From Xanthobacteraceae bacterium (GTDB lineage Bacteria > Pseudomonadota > Alphaproteobacteria > Rhizobiales > Xanthobacteraceae): a DNA stretch of 64,000 nucleotides. The stretch spans positions 5,638 to 69,637 of the forward strand of contig JBFXEX010000002.1 of NCBI GenBank assembly GCA_050179645.1, in the 5' to 3' direction. The notes below the pieces were generated by a model. That model was not told the origin of the DNA, did no database searches, and saw only the letters and a program-made list of their open reading frames with translations. A program made the translations under genes and the position numbers. This document shows positions 55,736 through 64,000 of the stretch, piece after piece; position 1 is the first letter of the stretch; each line of letters begins with the position of its first letter.

Positions 55736-58225
55736 CTACGGGGCCGGTTCGCTGGCCATGTTGGCGACGGCGCGGCGCAAGGCCGCGATCAGTTCCTGGC
55801 TGTGGATGAGGTGCGCCTCCTCGTGGTCGAGGATCTTGTTGAATCCCCGCTGCTTCAGCGCCGTAATGTCGACGCGGCCCTGCAGCGCCTCGCCGCCGGC
55901 AGCATCGCAGACGATGTCGATCACCCGGTCGAGCGCATGCAGGCGGCCGAGCAGGTAGTCGTTCTCGCGGTAGGCGCGCGAGAAGAACGCCGCGAAGTGG
56001 CCGAGCCCGATACCTTTGAGACTCCGGATGCCGTCGAAGCCGCGTAGCGCATGGGCGTCCTGCGGACTGATGCGGTCGATCAGGATTTCGTTGAGTTCGC
56101 CCATCTCGCGGCCGGTGGTGACCGGGAACGTCAGCACGTCCCAGAACGGAAATCCGAGGTAGTTGATGATCACCTCGCGCCGCGCATCCGCATGCCAGGC
56201 CGCCGGATCGAGACTGGCCAGCAGTTCGTCGAGATTATGCGTGCTGGCGTCGAGGTCGATCTCGGTCGCCAGCTGCTCGATCAGCCGGTCGAGCCGCGCG
56301 GCGTTGCGCTCGACGAAGTCCTGCGCGAAGGCGTGCAGGTTCTTGATTTCGCCGGCGGACGGCTCGGCCGGGAAAATCTCCGCGACCATGGCTTTGACTT
56401 CGGCGCTGTAGAAGTCCGCCTCTTCGCGCCGGCGAAGCCTCTCGAGATGACCGTAGAACTCGCCCTTCAGACGATCGACGACACGCGGATCAAGCCCGGC
56501 GAAGCGCTCCTGTCCGATCAACTCATAGAGCCGGTTCTGCCCCTCGATCAGAAAATGCAATCGGCGCTCGCGGTACTTGACGTCGAACGCCAGCAGGTAT
56601 CGCACCCACTGCGGCAAATGCGCCGCATCCTGCGGCTCGAACTCGAGCGCGGCGCTGTCGGCGCGCTCGTACACGATGCCCTTGTGCACCGCCCAGACGT
56701 CGATGATCTCGCTGACCACACGGGCCAACGGCGAACGGGCGGCGGCGCCGCGCAGTTGCACGATCAGTTCCGCACCGAAGGCCCGCACCGACGCGAGCTT
56801 GAGCCGCACGTAGGACTGGTAGGCAAAGCCCGCATCCTGCGCGACATGATCGTTGACCTGCTTGCGCGAGGTGCGCAGCTCGGCGGTCGTCATCGCCCGG
56901 TCGAACTCGCTCGTAATGACCCTGGCGACGAGCTCGCTGACATGCGGCCGGGCGCTGTCGATGATCGCCCGCAGCCGACGCACCCGCTCGTTGAAATCGA
57001 TGACCCAGCCGAGTTCGTCGGTGACCGGTTGCGAGCTCGGGATATCGGAGAGCGCGCCGCGCAGGGTCGCGAAGAAGCCCGGGACATTGAGCCGACGGCC
57101 TGCGACCGGCGGCGCCGGGTGCGGGTCGATATAGACCAGCCGCCGATCGACCTCGCGGTAGGCGGCGCGGCCGTGGATCGCCGAGATCGCCTGCTGGAAC
57201 GGCCGGTTGTTGAGCACCGAGCCGTCGATGAACGACGCCGTCGCCGGATCGACGCCCGCCTGCAGGTGCTTGGGAAATTCCTTTGCGAGGAATTCCGAGC
57301 GTCGCGGCCACGTACCCAGGCGCTGCGCTACCACCTCGTCCATTTCGACCACGCGAGCCGGCGGAAATGCGCCGGGGAACGACGACGTGGCCCTGGCGGC
57401 GAACGCCAACCCCGGCGCGTTGTCCATCGCAAAGTCGCTCTCCACCTCGCCGCTCGGATGCCGGCGATAGGCGAACTGCAGGACGTGGTGGTGGTCGAGT
57501 TCGTGGATCAGCGGCGGATCGTGGATCTGCACGAGCTGGTAGTAGCCGTGATAGTCGGTCACGGTGACGAATAGATCGAGCGAATGGCCGGTCGGCAGCA
57601 GGGACGACCGGCCAGGCTCGCGCGGCTCCATCAGGGTCACGGCGTCGTACATCAGCGCCGCCATCACCTGGCCGTCGAGCGGCGGCTTGAACCAGCGCGA
57701 GCGCACGAACAGCGACAGTTTGCGGCGCACCTCCAGATCCTGGAACAGGCTGAACTTGCCGGACTTCGCCGCGCCCCAGAGAAGCGGCCGCAGGAACCAC
57801 TTGCTCCATTGTCCAGCGCGCGCGTCGGGAGCCAGCAGGACCGAGACGTCGGCGTTGTCGAGCCACAGGTCGCGCAGCACCTCCATCGGCAGGTCGTGCG
57901 CCAAGGCGCGCGCCAGCATCGCACCGTTGATACCGCCGGCGGAGGCGCCGGCGACGATGTCGACGATCACCCGCAGTTCGACGCTGTGGCCGATCTCGCG
58001 TAGCAGTTCGAAATAGACCTGTTCGGTATCATGGCCGGGAGCGGCGACGCGATCAGGCCGGTCGGAATACGCGGCGCGGGCCCGCAGATCGCGATCCGGG
58101 ATGGCGTGCAGCGCGCTCGAGGCGCGGACCAGCTTGAGAATTTCCTTCGTGATGCCGTACATGTAGACGGCGAGCGAGACGCCTCCGAAGCAGACCAGCG
58201 CAATTCGCAGTTCCTTCTCGCGCAC
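55736..58225 (-). CDS. large patatin-like phospholipase family protein
   Basis: 829 aa with oxyanion-hole CFGGVSLAVY, nucleophile elbow GASAGGING and catalytic Asp in FIDGSVLNNRPF. The long C-terminal extension of about 350 aa is of unknown function. Confidence 0.88.
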   Translation of the reverse strand: MREKELRIALVCFGGVSLAVYMYGITKEILKLVRASSALHAIPDRDLRARAAYSDRPDRVAAPGHDTEQVYFELLREIGHSVELRVIVDIVAGASAGGINGAMLARALAHDLPMEVLRDLWLDNADVSVLLAPDARAGQWSKWFLRPLLWGAAKSGKFSLFQDLEVRRKLSLFVRSRWFKPPLDGQVMAALMYDAVTLMEPREPGRSSLLPTGHSLDLFVTVTDYHGYYQLVQIHDPPLIHELDHHHVLQFAYRRHPSGEVESDFAMDNAPGLAFAARATSSFPGAFPPARVVEMDEVVAQRLGTWPRRSEFLAKEFPKHLQAGVDPATASFIDGSVLNNRPFQQAISAIHGRAAYREVDRRLVYIDPHPAPPVAGRRLNVPGFFATLRGALSDIPSSQPVTDELGWVIDFNERVRRLRAIIDSARPHVSELVARVITSEFDRAMTTAELRTSRKQVNDHVAQDAGFAYQSYVRLKLASVRAFGAELIVQLRGAAARSPLARVVSEIIDVWAVHKGIVYERADSAALEFEPQDAAHLPQWVRYLLAFDVKYRERRLHFLIEGQNRLYELIGQERFAGLDPRVVDRLKGEFYGHLERLRRREEADFYSAEVKAMVAEIFPAEPSAGEIKNLHAFAQDFVERNAARLDRLIEQLATEIDLDASTHNLDELLASLDPAAWHADARREVIINYLGFPFWDVLTFPVTTGREMGELNEILIDRISPQDAHALRGFDGIRSLKGIGLGHFAAFFSRAYRENDYLLGRLHALDRVIDIVCDAAGGEALQGRVDITALKQRGFNKILDHEEAHLIHSQELIAALRRAVANMASEPAP

Positions 58226-58358
58226 GACCCTGCCCTTCGGCCCCGATGATTCCCAGCGTCCCCGCGATCATGGAGTGGGAATCCAACAGGCGAAAGGGGC
58301 GCTCCCTGGATTGATCGGTCGCTCCTCAGCATGAGGCCGGAGCGATCCGTCTCATCGG

Positions 58359-58420
58359 TTACCCGATCGCAGCCTTGGTCTCGATATGCACCGGCGCATA
58401 GTCGTCGGCGTCGAGCGCGA
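58359..58420 (-). pseudogene. 62-bp relic copy of the 3' end of the threonine dehydratase gene
   Basis: About 54 of 61 nt are identical to 59621-59682, including an in-frame stop. It would encode ...DADDYAPVHIETKAAIG, versus ...AADGYAPVRIETKAAIE in the intact gene. Confidence 0.75.
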
Positions 58421-58442
58421 TGCGCCGTGCACGACGCCTTGC

Positions 58443-59507
58443 TCAACCGCCCCGGTTGTCGCCGACTTCGCCAATGATCGTTTGCAAGCGGCCAGCGAGC
58501 GGCTTCGGCATGCTGACGATTTCCTGCACGATCGACTGCAGTTGCTGGCCCGCGACCGGATCGATGTCGAAATGTTCCTTTTTCGCATCGGACAGGAAGC
58601 CCGGGTCCTTCGTCATCCGGTCGAAAGCCTCGCGCAAAGCCCTGACGCGATCGGCCGGAACGTCCGGCGTGGTGAAGATCGGACGGCCGATCGCCGTCGA
58701 GGCCGACAGAACTTTCAGCAGACTTCGGTCTTCCGGGTTGCTCGCAAGATCCATCAGCAGCGGTACATCCGGGAGATCGGGCGCCTTCTTCAAGCCGATC
58801 TGGACCAGGATATTGATCTTCTTTTCCGACAGCCAAAGCGGACGCGTCGACTTCCAGGCGCCCCAGGCGTTCGAGCCGCGGCCGTCGACCTCGCCGCGTT
58901 CCATCGCGAGGTTGATATCATTGCCGCCCGGATATCCCACGATGATCTTGAATTTGGTGCCGACCAGCGCGTTCATCGCTTTGGGATACTGCGACGACGT
59001 GCTGCCGCCGGTCGCGCCCATCACGACCTGCCTGCGGCGGGCGTCCTCAATGGTACGGACTCCTGACGTGTGCCACGTCACCGTCGTATTGTTGTCTTCG
59101 TTCGGATTGCCGATGTAGATGAACTTCGTCGTGTCGATCGCGAGGTGCCTGTCGCCGAGCGCCTGCCCGATCGACAAGGACTGATCGGCCGTCGCGATTA
59201 CAAGGCCGTTTCTGGGCGCGACCTTGTACACCCAGGTGGCGGCAGCACGGCTTCCCGCACCGGGCATATTGCGCGGCACGATTCGCGGCTTGCCGGGTAT
59301 GAAATTGCCGAGATGTCGCGCCACCAGCCGCGCATACAGGTCGTAGGTTCCACCGGACGAATATCCGATGACGAGGTCGATTTGCTTGCCGCGGTAAAAT
59401 TCCTCGACCGCTTGCGCCGGGGCGACCAAGCCAAGCAACGTCGCAACGATGGCACAAACCAGCGACGGACCTGGAAGAAGCCGGGATGGAGGGCGAATTC
59501 GCACCAT
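58443..59507 (-). CDS. Bug-family (TctC-like) tripartite tricarboxylate transporter substrate-binding protein
   Basis: Start MVRIRPPSRLLPGPSLVCAIVATLLGLVAPAQA (signal). Mature part has KQIDLVIGYSSGGTYDLYARLV and a PGAG motif region typical of TctC/Bug. No tctA or tctB gene is adjacent. The upstream part of the track ORF (to 59945) was rejected. Confidence 0.85.
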   Translation of the reverse strand: MVRIRPPSRLLPGPSLVCAIVATLLGLVAPAQAVEEFYRGKQIDLVIGYSSGGTYDLYARLVARHLGNFIPGKPRIVPRNMPGAGSRAAATWVYKVAPRNGLVIATADQSLSIGQALGDRHLAIDTTKFIYIGNPNEDNNTTVTWHTSGVRTIEDARRRQVVMGATGGSTSSQYPKAMNALVGTKFKIIVGYPGGNDINLAMERGEVDGRGSNAWGAWKSTRPLWLSEKKINILVQIGLKKAPDLPDVPLLMDLASNPEDRSLLKVLSASTAIGRPIFTTPDVPADRVRALREAFDRMTKDPGFLSDAKKEHFDIDPVAGQQLQSIVQEIVSMPKPLAGRLQTIIGEVGDNRGG

Positions 59508-59620
59508 GAAATCGTTCGCCTCCGGGTTATCGTTGCGGCTGGGGTACCAACCAGCGTCTGTTCTTGCAGGCCTCGCTATCGTATTCGGATAGCATACCGT
59601 CCTCAACACCGGTCGTATTG

Positions 59621-60844
59621 TCACTCGATCGCGGCCTTGGTCTCGATACGCACCGGCGCATAACCGTCGGCGGCGAGCGCGTGCATGATCTCCTCGGCGT
59701 GGGTCCGGTCGCGGGTCTCTACCGTAATGTCGAGCTTGGCGCCCTTCGCCGGCACGTCGAGGAACAGCCGGCGGTGGTCGACCTCCAGGATATTGACGCC
59801 GAGCTGCCCGAGCCGGGTCGCGATCAGCCCAAGCACGCCGGGCCGGTCCGGGATTGCCAGGCGGAACGAGACGATGCGGTCCTCGCGCTCGAGTTCCCGG
59901 ACCATCACCGAGGCGAGAATGCGCGGATCGATGTTGCCGCCGCACAGGACGAGCCCGACCTTGCGGCCGACAAACCGATCGGGCTTCACCAGCATCGCCG
60001 CCAGCCCGGCGGCGCCCGCTCCCTCCGCCATCGCCTTCTGCAGCGTCAGGAAGGCGTAGACCGCGCGCTCCAGGTGCGCCTCGTCGACCAGTACGATCTC
60101 GGCAACCAGTTCGCGCACCACCGGCAGCGTCAGCGCGCCGACGTTCTTCACCGCGATGCCTTCCGCGAGCGTCGCGCCGCCGAGCGGCAGATGTTCGCCA
60201 TGCAGCGCGTTCCAGAACGAGGGATAGAGCGTCGCCTCGGCGCCAACCACCTCAATCGACGGCTGCTTGGCGCGCGCCGCGATGGCATTGCCGGCGATCA
60301 GGCCACCGCCGCCGATCGGAATGACGAGGGTATCGAGGTCCGGCACCTCCTCGAGCATTTCGAGCGCGATGGTGCCCTGTCCGGCGATCACTCGCGCGTC
60401 GTCGTAAGGGTGTACGAAGGTGAGACCGCGCTCTGCAGCAATGGTTTCGGCACGAACCTGCGCTTCCGAAACGCTCTCTCCGTCGAGCGCCACCTCGGCC
60501 CCACAGTTTCGCGTCGCCTCGACCTTCACGAACGGGGTCGTCACCGGCATCACGATGGTCGCCGGGATGCCGAGGCGCTGCGCGTGATAGGCGACCGCCT
60601 GCGCATGATTGCCGGCGGACATCGCGATCACGCCGCGTTCGCGCTCCGCTGGCAATAGCGAGGCGAGCTTGTTGAGCGCGCCGCGCTCCTTGAACGAGTT
60701 GGTGACCTGTAGGTTCTCGTATTTGACGAACACCTCGGCGCCGGTCAGCGCCGATAGCTTGGGCGCCGGAAGCATGGGCGTACGCAACACGTGGCCGGCG
60801 ATGACCCGGCGCGCCGCCTCGATGTCGGAGAGTGTCACCGTCAC
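59621..60844 (-). CDS. threonine ammonia-lyase (threonine dehydratase) with C-terminal ACT-like domain
   Basis: PLP-lysine context (ENLQVTNSFKERGA) and GGGGLIAG. The C-terminal regulatory domain ends in VRIETKAAIE. A GTG start at 60844 is proposed (VTVTLSDIEAARR); the track ORF runs to 60901. Confidence 0.88.
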   Translation of the reverse strand: MTVTLSDIEAARRVIAGHVLRTPMLPAPKLSALTGAEVFVKYENLQVTNSFKERGALNKLASLLPAERERGVIAMSAGNHAQAVAYHAQRLGIPATIVMPVTTPFVKVEATRNCGAEVALDGESVSEAQVRAETIAAERGLTFVHPYDDARVIAGQGTIALEMLEEVPDLDTLVIPIGGGGLIAGNAIAARAKQPSIEVVGAEATLYPSFWNALHGEHLPLGGATLAEGIAVKNVGALTLPVVRELVAEIVLVDEAHLERAVYAFLTLQKAMAEGAGAAGLAAMLVKPDRFVGRKVGLVLCGGNIDPRILASVMVRELEREDRIVSFRLAIPDRPGVLGLIATRLGQLGVNILEVDHRRLFLDVPAKGAKLDITVETRDRTHAEEIMHALAADGYAPVRIETKAAIE

Positions 60845-60962
60845 CCCGCACCCCTGGTCCTGCCTGTGCAGGGCCCGTCGGCCCCGTGCCACTTGCGCCA
60901 AATCAGTCTAACCTCCATCTGCGCGGTGGATTCGCAGACAGCATAGCAAGGAAATCCTGGCC

Positions 60963-61517
60963 ATGGCCGAGAACGAGCCGCGACGGATCGGCGTTTCGAT
61001 CGAGCTCAAGCCCCACGCCTATGATCCCTTGGCCAATCCGGAGCTGTTCGACGGCGTGATGGCGCGCCGGGTGATCGCGTTCGTCATCGACCTCGTCATC
61101 CTGTCGATCCCGGTGATCCTGGGCGGCCTGTTCATGCTGGCCACCACCATCGCCACGCTCGGCATTGCGGCCTTCCTGTTCGCGCTGCTTTCGCCGCTGT
61201 ACTGGCCGCTGATCGTGGTCTGGGCGATCTGCTACTACGGCTTCACCTTCGGCAGCTCAGCCTCGGCGACGCTCGGCATGCGTTTCATGGACCTCGAGAT
61301 GCGCACCTGGTACGGCGCGCCGGCCTATTTCGTCTTGGGCTGCGCCCACGGGCTGTTGTACTGGCTCACCGTCTCATTTCTCACGCCGTTCGTGCTCTTG
61401 GTCGGCTTTTTCAACCATCGCGGCCGGCTGCTGCACGACATCCTGCTTGGAACGGTTGTCATCAACAATCCTGCCCGCGCGCAGGCGCTGCGCCGCCCCG
61501 GGCCAGGTGCTCCTTGA
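60963..61517 (+). CDS. RDD family membrane protein
   Basis: 184 aa. [17 protein letters not shown] is followed by hydrophobic helices and [15 protein letters not shown], the RDD domain pattern. Confidence 0.75.
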   Translation: MAENEPRRIGVSIELKPHAYDPLANPELFDGVMARRVIAFVIDLVILSIPVILGGLFMLATTIATLGIAAFLFALLSPLYWPLIVVWAICYYGFTFGSSASATLGMRFMDLEMRTWYGAPAYFVLGCAHGLLYWLTVSFLTPFVLLVGFFNHRGRLLHDILLGTVVINNPARAQALRRPGPGAP

Positions 61518-61605
61518 GCAACTCAACAAGGGATTTGACGGAACGCCCCGCTCCGCGCAATCCTGTTTCGGCCGGATCGGACGAATCTGCCCGGTTGAGA
61601 ATGCC

Positions 61606-62355
61606 GTGACCCAGCACTCGCGAAATACACCGCAGTTCTACCTGACCGCGCCCTCGCCCTGCCCCTATCTGCCGGGCCAGGAGGAGCGCAAGGTGTTTAC
61701 CCATCTGGTTGGCGAACGCGCGGGCGAGCTCAACGATCTGCTCACCCATGGCGGCTTCCGCCGCAGCCAGTCGATCGCTTACCGGCCGGCCTGCGAAGCC
61801 TGCCGATGCTGCGTGTCAGTGCGGGTGGTGGCGGAGGATTTCCAGCCGACCCGCAGCATGCGCCGCATCCAGGAACGCAACGCCGATCTGATCGGCGAAA
61901 TGCGGGTGGCGGTGCCGACCTCGGAGCAATATTCGGTGTTCCGCTCCTATCTGGATTCGCGGCATCGCGACGGCGGCATGGCGGACATGACGGTGCTCGA
62001 CTACGCCATGATGGTCGAGGACAGCCATGTCGAGACCCGCATGGTGGAATACCGCCGCCGCGGACCCGACAGCAGCATGAACGGACGTGGCACCGGCATG
62101 CTGATGGCGGTCGCGCTGACCGACGTGCTGAAAGACGGGCTATCGATGGTCTATTCGTTCTTCGAGGCCGACGAGGCGCCGCGCTCGCTCGGCACCTTCA
62201 TGATCCTCGACCACATCGACCGCGCGCGGCGCATGGGGCTGCCCTACGTCTACCTCGGCTACTGGGTGCAGGGCTCCCGCAAGATGGACTACAAAGGCCG
62301 TTTCCTGCCGCAGGAACGGCTCAGCGCCGAGGGCTGGAAGCGGGTGGAAGGTTAA
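61606..62355 (+). CDS. bpt: arginyltransferase / aspartate-glutamate leucyltransferase (Bpt)
   Basis: GTG start giving (M)[33 protein letters not shown], then [12 protein letters not shown] and YVYLGYWV. This is the N-end-rule ATE/Bpt signature. The track ORF start at 61447 overlaps the RDD gene. Confidence 0.88.
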   Translation: MTQHSRNTPQFYLTAPSPCPYLPGQEERKVFTHLVGERAGELNDLLTHGGFRRSQSIAYRPACEACRCCVSVRVVAEDFQPTRSMRRIQERNADLIGEMRVAVPTSEQYSVFRSYLDSRHRDGGMADMTVLDYAMMVEDSHVETRMVEYRRRGPDSSMNGRGTGMLMAVALTDVLKDGLSMVYSFFEADEAPRSLGTFMILDHIDRARRMGLPYVYLGYWVQGSRKMDYKGRFLPQERLSAEGWKRVEG

Positions 62356-62541
62356 CTTCCCAAAGTATCCGTGCTGGTGTCCCGGGCGCAGCGCAGGCCC
62401 CCGCGACACAGAAGAATGACATCGCTTTGGCCAGCCGCGCCTAAGATAAATCTCGAACGGTCGCAGCGTTCCTGGCGCCGCTGCTGTTGCATCAGCCGGA
62501 ACCAACGGTCGGGACGGGGAATTGGTGCGCGGGGCATATTC

Positions 62542-64000
62542 ATGCGATTTCAGAGACTTATCGCAGAATTCTGGCCTGCATTCGCAACCGCGGCGGTCCT
62601 GATCGTCGCGGCCGCCCTGCCCGCCTCCGCGGCCGAACCCGGCGACACCCCCTCTGAGGTGGTGTTTCTCGGCCAGCTCGTGATCCTGATGCTGGTCGGG
62701 CGGCTGCTTGGCGAGGCGATGCAGCGGATCGGCCAGCCCTCGGTCATGGGCATGCTGCTGTCCGGCATCCTGCTCGGTCCTTCGGTGCTGGGGGCGCTGT
62801 GGCCCGATGCACAGCACGCCCTGTTCCCGCCCAGCAAGGACCAGAAGGCGATGCTGGACGCCATCTCGCAGTTTGGCATTCTGCTGCTGCTGCTGCTGAC
62901 CGGGATGGAAACCGACCTGAAGCTCGCGCAGCGGGTCGGCCGCGCCGCAATCAGTATTTCGCTTATGGGCGTCGCGGTGCCGTTCGCCTGCGGGCTCGCG
63001 CTAGGGCTGCTGATGCCGGAATCGCTACTGCCGGCGGCCGACCAGCGCCTCCTCACCGCTCTTTTCCTCGGCACCGCGCTGTCGATCTCCTCGATCAAGA
63101 TCGTCGCGGCGGTCGTGCGCGAGATGAACTTTACCCGCCGCAACCTCGGCCAGATCATCGTGTCGTCGGCCATCATCGAGGACACCATCGGCTGGATCAT
63201 CATCGCCATCACGCTCAGCCTCGCGCAGGCCGGCGAAATCGACGTGATGAGCGTGACCCAAAGCCTGGTCGGGACCGCGGTATTCCTGGCTGTGAGCTTC
63301 ACGATCGGCCGGCGGGTCGTGTCCTACCTGATCCGGTGGTCGAACGACTCCTTCGAGACCGAGTTTCCCGTGATCACCACGATCCTCGTGATCATGGGCG
63401 CGATGGCGCTGATCACGCATTATATCGGCGTTCACACCGTGCTCGGCGCGTTCGTCGCGGGCGTACTGATCGGCCAGTCACCGATCCTGACCGGGCATAT
63501 TGACGAACAGCTGCGCGGCCTGATCGTTGCGTTCTTCATGCCGGTGTTCTTCGGCGTCGCCGGTCTCTCGACCGACCTCACCGTGCTCGGCGACACGCAC
63601 CTGCTCGCGCTGGCCATGGGGCTGATCGCGATCGCGAGCTTCGGCAAGTTCGGCGGCGCCTTCGTCGGCGGCTGGATGGGCGGCCTCGACCGGCGCGAGG
63701 CGCTGGCGCTCGGATGCGGCATGAATGCGCGCGGTTCGACCGAGGTGATCGTCGCCACCGTCGGCCTGTCGATGGGCGCCCTCACCCAGAACCTGTTCAC
63801 CATGATCGTCGCCATGGAGTTCGTCACCACCATGGCAATGCCGCCGATGCTGCGCTGGGCGCTGGCGCGGGTGCCGATGACGGACGAGGAGCGCGAACGG
63901 CTGGCGCGCGAGGAATTCGAGGAGAAGGGCTTCGTCTCCAACATCGAGCGCCTTCTGCTCGCCGTCGACGACAGCCCGAACGGCAAGTTCGCGGCGCAAC
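62542..64000 (+). CDS. cation:proton antiporter (CPA2 / Kef-type Na+/H+ exchanger family), 3' end beyond the window
   Basis: Not in the supplied ORF track because no stop codon falls inside the window. I translated nt 62542 to 64000 by hand and the frame stays open. Product begins MRFQRLIAEF..., with a signal-like leader, about 12 TM helices, LGQLVILMLVGRLLGEAMQRIGQPSVMGMLLSGILLGPS and GMNARGSTEVIVA. The last residues (ERLLLAVDDSPNGK) look like the start of a universal-stress domain. Confidence 0.85.
   Translation, partial: MRFQRLIAEFWPAFATAAVLIVAAALPASAAEPGDTPSEVVFLGQLVILMLVGRLLGEAMQRIGQPSVMGMLLSGILLGPSVLGALWPDAQHALFPPSKDQKAMLDAISQFGILLLLLLTGMETDLKLAQRVGRAAISISLMGVAVPFACGLALGLLMPESLLPAADQRLLTALFLGTALSISSIKIVAAVVREMNFTRRNLGQIIVSSAIIEDTIGWIIIAITLSLAQAGEIDVMSVTQSLVGTAVFLAVSFTIGRRVVSYLIRWSNDSFETEFPVITTILVIMGAMALITHYIGVHTVLGAFVAGVLIGQSPILTGHIDEQLRGLIVAFFMPVFFGVAGLSTDLTVLGDTHLLALAMGLIAIASFGKFGGAFVGGWMGGLDRREALALGCGMNARGSTEVIVATVGLSMGALTQNLFTMIVAMEFVTTMAMPPMLRWALARVPMTDEERERLAREEFEEKGFVSNIERLLLAVDDSPNGKFAAQ

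Noticed and set aside
56051-57574. 507-aa plus-strand ORF and 447-aa minus-strand alternative-frame ORF (56523..57866) inside the patatin gene.
   Set aside because: They are out-of-frame or antisense shadows. Only the 829-aa frame carries the GxSxG and DG patatin motifs and has protein-like composition.
62881-62898. (CTG)6 trinucleotide run. Similar short GTC and CTG runs occur at 24861-24872 and 20938-20949.
   Set aside because: They lie in frame within membrane-protein genes and encode Leu or Val stretches of TM helices. This reflects codon bias rather than a regulatory or contingency repeat.

Overview
This is a 64-kb chromosomal segment from a high-G+C alphaproteobacterium. Gene order (plsX-fabH-ihfA-merR, ribD-ribE-ribH-nusB, nrdR-glyA) and GTAGGATGGGTTGAGC-type REP hairpins suggest a Bradyrhizobium/Rhodopseudomonas-like organism, but that is inference only. 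I call about 60 protein genes. I saw no rRNA, tRNA, CRISPR array, integrase or transposase.

Core blocks:
- Lipid and nucleoid genes (plsX, fabH, ihfA), bamE and the H+-pyrophosphatase hppA.
- thiL and the riboflavin/nusB operon.
- nrdR, glyA and asnS.
- A valine-catabolism cluster (mmsB, 3-hydroxyisobutyryl-CoA hydrolase, acyl-CoA dehydrogenase).
- hemB, threonine dehydratase and bpt.

Accessory or unusual content:
1. A visibly AT-richer single-gene islet (30009..32474) encodes a TIR / NB-ARC / TPR STAND protein. It is bounded on one side by REP hairpins and is the strongest candidate for an immune or conflict system.
2. An exported PG-binding / WD40 / caspase-fold protein of about 1000 aa.
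3. An 829-aa patatin-like phospholipase.
4. A zinc-ribbon / class III cyclase / STAND-ATPase / TPR protein of 1042 aa.
5. A co-directional cluster of nine genes: a formylglycine-generating enzyme, two leaderless Cys-type sulfatases and six small membrane proteins.
6. A TctC/Bug-family binding-protein gene bracketed by a roughly 62-bp duplication of the threonine dehydratase 3' end.
7. A P450 gene plus a nested palindromic element lying between nusB and thiL.

Many long ORFs in the supplied track are antisense or out-of-frame artefacts of the high G+C content and were rejected. One real gene, a CPA2-type antiporter at 62542..64000, is missing from the track because it runs off the window.
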